This document shows positions 60,184 to 64,000 of a DNA stretch of 64,000 nucleotides, piece after piece (positions within the stretch are counted from its first letter, which is position 1; every line of letters begins with the position of its first letter). The stretch comes from Myxococcota bacterium (GTDB lineage: Bacteria > Myxococcota_A > UBA9160 > UBA6930), in contig OZ245002.1 of NCBI GenBank assembly GCA_965223415.1, positions 5,408,001-5,472,000 on the forward strand, read 5' to 3'. Under the pieces are notes generated by a model, which searched no databases, was not told the origin of the DNA, and saw only the letters and a program-made list of their open reading frames with translations. Both the position numbers and the translations under genes were made by a program.

Positions 60184-60863
60184 TCGTCCACCACCAGCGC
60201 CGTTGGATCTATCTCGGGATCCCCAAGACGGCGAGCACCACGCTTCACCGGTTCCTGCCCCAGCACGGCGGCGAGGCCCACGGCGACCAGCACGAGACCG
60301 CGATCCCCGAGGCCTGGCGACACTACCGGGTGTTCGTCACGGTGATGAACCCGTTCCGCCGGGCCACCGCACTCTGGCGCATGTGGGGCAAGGACGTGGC
60401 CAAGGGCGCCTGGTGGACCGAAGGCTACCGCCCGGAGCTCGTGCGGGAGTTCCGCGCCTTCGTGGACACGTTCTTCCTCGACCCTCCGGAGCCGGACAGC
60501 CGGCCGGTGATGGAGTGGTCGATGTGCCGCTGGCTCGACTACGCGGCGCTCCCCGAGGAGCCGGAGGTGCTGTACGCCGAGCGCCTGGGCGAGGAGCTGT
60601 TGCGGGTCGGCATCCTGACGCGAGCGGAGGACGTGCCCGTCCAGAACAAGTCCGGCAACGAGGCCTGGTGGGAGAGCTACGACGAGGGCCTGGTCCGGGA
60701 CGTGCGCGCCTGGGCCACCCGCGACTTCGAGCGCTTCGGCTACCCCACCGATCTCGACGCCGCCGTCGCTTCGCAGCGTGCGGTCGAGAGCCCGCCCCCG
60801 GCCCGCCGAAGCCCCTGGAGGCGCCTCCGCGCCCGCCTCCGCGGCCTGCACGGCAGCCGCTAG
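60180..60863 (+). CDS. Sulfotransferase family 2-like protein
   Basis: IYLGIPKTASTT, VMNPFRR. Confidence 0.7.
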   Translation: MIVHHQRRWIYLGIPKTASTTLHRFLPQHGGEAHGDQHETAIPEAWRHYRVFVTVMNPFRRATALWRMWGKDVAKGAWWTEGYRPELVREFRAFVDTFFLDPPEPDSRPVMEWSMCRWLDYAALPEEPEVLYAERLGEELLRVGILTRAEDVPVQNKSGNEAWWESYDEGLVRDVRAWATRDFERFGYPTDLDAAVASQRAVESPPPARRSPWRRLRARLRGLHGSR

Positions 60864-60890
60864 CGGGCGGATTGCCTACCCTCCGCCGCG

Positions 60891-61664
60891 ATGAAGGTCG
60901 TGATCCTGTGCGGGGGGCTCGGCACGCGGCTTCGCGAGGAGACCGAGTACCGGCCGAAGCCGATGGTCCCGATCGGCGACCGCCCGATCCTCTGGCACAT
61001 CATGAAGCTCTACGCCCACTTCGGGCACAAGGAGTTCGTGCTGTGCCTCGGCTACAAGGGCGAGGTGATCAAGGACTTCTTCCGCAACTACCAGTGGAAC
61101 ACGAGCGATCTGACCCTGAAGCTCGGACCGACACCGGAGATCACCTACCACAATGCCCACGACGAGGAGGACTGGACCGTCACCCTCGTCGACACCGGCC
61201 AGGAGACCCAGACCGGCGGGCGCCTGCGGCGGGCCCTCGACTACGTCGACGACGACGTCTTCCTGTGCACCTACGGCGACGGCCTCACGAACTGCAACCT
61301 GAACGCCGTCGTCGGCTTCCACCGGGAGCACGGCGGCATCGCCACGCTCACCGCCGTGCGTCCCGCCGGCCGCTTCGGCGAGCTCGGCCTCGACGGCCGG
61401 ACGATCACCTCCTTCCACGAGAAGCCGGAGAAGGAGAGCGCCTTCGTGAGCGGCGGCTTCTTCGTCTTCGATCGGCGAATCGGCGACTACCTGCCCGGCG
61501 ACGACGCGATCCTGGAGCGGGAGCCCCTGGAGCAGCTCGCCAGCGAGGGCCAGCTCAAGGCCTTCCCGCACGACGGCTTCTGGCAGTGCATGGACACCTA
61601 CCGGGAACAGCAGCTGCTCCATCAGCTGTGGACCGACGGACGGGCTCCCTGGAAGCTCTGGTAG
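60891..61664 (+). CDS. rfbF: Glucose-1-phosphate cytidylyltransferase
   Basis: GGLGTRLREET..PKPMV, TGGRL, TYGDG, FWQCMDT. Confidence 0.95.
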   Translation: MKVVILCGGLGTRLREETEYRPKPMVPIGDRPILWHIMKLYAHFGHKEFVLCLGYKGEVIKDFFRNYQWNTSDLTLKLGPTPEITYHNAHDEEDWTVTLVDTGQETQTGGRLRRALDYVDDDVFLCTYGDGLTNCNLNAVVGFHREHGGIATLTAVRPAGRFGELGLDGRTITSFHEKPEKESAFVSGGFFVFDRRIGDYLPGDDAILEREPLEQLASEGQLKAFPHDGFWQCMDTYREQQLLHQLWTDGRAPWKLW

Positions 61665-61666
61665 GG

Positions 61667-62761
61667 ATGTTCGGCGACGCATTCAGGGGCCGTCGGGTCC
61701 TGGTCACCGGCCACACCGGGTTCAAGGGTGCGTGGCTGTCGCTCTGGCTGCGGGAGCTGGGAGCCCGGGTGACGGGGCTCTCGCTGCCGCCGGACCCGCC
61801 GCCGAACCTGCACGGGCTGCTCCGAGCCGGCACCTTCGAGGCGGAGATCCCCTGCGACGTCCGCAACGTCGATGCCTTGCGCGAGGCCGTGGCCCGTGCG
61901 GAGCCCGAGCTCGTCTTCCACCTGGCGGCCCAGTCGCTCGTGCGCCGCTCCTACCGGGAGCCGCGGCTCACCTTCGAGACCAACGCCCTCGGCACCCACC
62001 ATCTCCTGGAGGCGATCCACGAGGTCGGCGTCCCGGGCCCGGTGGTGATCGCGACGACGGACAAGTGCTACGAGAACCGCGGCGAGGGCCGGGCCTTCCG
62101 GGTGGGCGACCCTCTCGGCGGCCGCGATCCGTACTCCATGAGCAAGGCCGCGACGGAGCTCGTCGTGACGTCCTTCCGGGCGAGCTTCCTGGGCGGGCCC
62201 TCGGCCCCGGGCGTGGCGACGGTCCGTGCCGGCAACGTGATCGGTGGCGGCGACTATGGCGAGGACCGCCTGATCCCGGACGCGGTTCGGGCGCTCGTGC
62301 GCGGCTCCGCCGTGCCGGTCCGGAACCCGGATGCGGTGCGACCCTGGCAGCACGTGCTCGACTGCCTCTCGGGATACCTGCGCCTGGCCCAGGAGCTCGC
62401 CGAGCGACCGGGGGACCCGGAGCGGCCGGGCGCCTTCAACATCGGCCCGGAGCTCGGGAGCCGCCTCAGCGTGCGCGAGCTGGTCGAGGCGTTCCTCGCC
62501 CGCTGGCCCGGAACCTGGGAGGACCTGCGCGAGGCCGACGCCCCGTACGAGGCCGCGCACCTGGAGCTCGACATCACGGCAACACGCGACGCCCTTGGCT
62601 GGACGCCGGCCTGGGACGCCGCCGCCGCCGTCGCCCGCACGGCCGATTGGTACTGCGCCCGCCACGAGGAGAAGCGCGATGACCTGGACGCGCTGTGTGT
62701 CGAGCAGCTCCGCCACTGGGCCGCGGACGCGGCGCCCGCCACGCGCGGGGAAGCGGCGTGA
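61667..62761 (+). CDS. rfbG: CDP-glucose 4,6-dehydratase
   Basis: TGHTGFKG.W, HLAAQ.LVR.SY, DKCYEN, RAGNVIGGGD, RPWQHVL. Confidence 0.93.
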   Translation: MFGDAFRGRRVLVTGHTGFKGAWLSLWLRELGARVTGLSLPPDPPPNLHGLLRAGTFEAEIPCDVRNVDALREAVARAEPELVFHLAAQSLVRRSYREPRLTFETNALGTHHLLEAIHEVGVPGPVVIATTDKCYENRGEGRAFRVGDPLGGRDPYSMSKAATELVVTSFRASFLGGPSAPGVATVRAGNVIGGGDYGEDRLIPDAVRALVRGSAVPVRNPDAVRPWQHVLDCLSGYLRLAQELAERPGDPERPGAFNIGPELGSRLSVRELVEAFLARWPGTWEDLREADAPYEAAHLELDITATRDALGWTPAWDAAAAVARTADWYCARHEEKRDDLDALCVEQLRHWAADAAPATRGEAA

Positions 62762-63984
62762 GCGTTCCGGCCTGCCGTTCCTGCGGCACGCCCGCGCCGG
62801 CGCCCTTCCTCGACCTGGGCCGCCAGCCCCTGGCGAACCAGCTCCTGCGGGAGGCCGACCTGGATCGGGAGGAGCTTCGCGTGCCGCTCCGGGTCTTCGC
62901 CTGTCCCGACTGCTGGCTCGTACAGATCGCGGACGAGGTACCGCCCCACGAGCTGTTCAGCGACTATGTCTACTTCTCGTCGACCTCCGACGCGATGGTC
63001 GCGCACGCCCGGGCGGCGGTGCACGCCCATCGCGCTGCGCTGGGCCTGGACGGCGATTCCTTCGTGGTCGAGATCGCGAGCAACGACGGCTACCTGCTGC
63101 AGCACTGCGCCCGGCTCGGGATCCCCTGCCTGGGCATCGAGCCGGCGGCCAACGTGGCCGCTGCGGCGGAGGAGCGCGGGATCGAGACCCGGGTCGCGTT
63201 CTTCGGCGCGGCTCTCGCGGACGCCCTGCGTACCGAGCGCGGCCCGGCGGATCTCGTCCTCGGCAACAACGTCTTCGCCCACGCGCCGGACGCGAACGAC
63301 TTCGTCGCCGGGCTCGCCCGGCTCCTCGCACCGCAGGGCCGTGCGGTCCTCGAGTTCCCCTACGCCCTCGATCTGATCGAGCGCGTCGAGTTCGACACGA
63401 TCTACCACGAGCACGTCTTCTACTTCACGCTCACGCCCCTGCTGCCGCTCTTCGAGCGCCACGGTCTCGCGGTGGTGGACGTGGAGCGGCTGGCGATCCA
63501 CGGCGGGTCGCTGCGCCTGAGCGTCGCCCACGCGGGAGCGGAGGCCGCGCCGCGGGTCACCGCCCTGCTCGACGAGGAGCGAGCGCGCGGCGTGGCGACG
63601 CCGGCCCTCTACGAGCGCTTCGCTGCCGATACCCGGGAGCTGTGCGTCGCCCTGGTGAAGCTCCTCGACGAGCTCGCGGCCGAGGGCCACCGACTCGCCG
63701 CCTACGGTGCCTCCGCCAAGGGGAGCACCCTGCTGAACGCCTGCGGCATCGGCCGCGAGCGGCTCGCCTTCGTGGCCGACCGGAGCCCCCACAAGCAGGG
63801 CCTCTTCACGCCGGGCACCCACCTGCCGATCCGACCGCCCGAGGCGCTCCTCGAGGAGGGCATCGACCGGGCCCTGCTCCTCACCTGGAACTTCGCGGAC
63901 GAGATCCGCGGGCAGCAGCAGGCCTGGGAGGGGGCCGGCGGCCGCTTCGTACTCCCCCTGCCGCAACCGCGGGTATGGACGTGA
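62758..63984 (+). CDS. NDP-hexose C-methyltransferase
   Basis: CRSC..CPDC zinc site, EIASNDG, FDTIYHEH, YGASAKG. Confidence 0.9.
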   Translation: MSVPACRSCGTPAPAPFLDLGRQPLANQLLREADLDREELRVPLRVFACPDCWLVQIADEVPPHELFSDYVYFSSTSDAMVAHARAAVHAHRAALGLDGDSFVVEIASNDGYLLQHCARLGIPCLGIEPAANVAAAAEERGIETRVAFFGAALADALRTERGPADLVLGNNVFAHAPDANDFVAGLARLLAPQGRAVLEFPYALDLIERVEFDTIYHEHVFYFTLTPLLPLFERHGLAVVDVERLAIHGGSLRLSVAHAGAEAAPRVTALLDEERARGVATPALYERFAADTRELCVALVKLLDELAAEGHRLAAYGASAKGSTLLNACGIGRERLAFVADRSPHKQGLFTPGTHLPIRPPEALLEEGIDRALLLTWNFADEIRGQQQAWEGAGGRFVLPLPQPRVWT

Positions 63985-64000
63985 TCTTCCGCGAGACCGG
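63981..64000 (+). CDS. Start of next gene, possibly a 3,5-epimerase (cut by window edge)
   Basis: GTGA overlap; VIFRET; context only. Confidence 0.35.

Overview
High-GC bacterial DNA (gene content suggests Myxococcota/Deltaproteobacteria; inference only) split by a tRNA-Asp(GTC) gene at 48702-48778 (-). Left of it, about 48 kb (open at the left edge) is a tandem array of at least six islands, each bounded by a direct repeat of the tRNA-Asp 3' end (1373, 4775, 7915, 11556, 26721, 42014). No integrase gene is visible in the window. Five repeats are a fixed-length 97-bp module ending in tandem TGTATCCC repeats resembling integrase arm sites. Most units open with a toxin-antitoxin pair, then a tRNA-Arg(TCG) anticodon-arm fragment, then cargo. 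Two units close with a tRNA-Arg-like cloverleaf 209 bp before the next Asp repeat, so a second, Arg-type island seems nested inside Asp-type units. Cargo is mainly lipid/steroid/aromatic catabolism. The array holds four IS21, one IS5, IS481 pieces and an IS110 whose bridge-RNA guides are readable and match its insertion site in the Arg repeat. Right of the tRNA is an IS-free surface-glycan locus (GT4s, sulfotransferase-like genes, rfbF, rfbG, C-methyltransferase).
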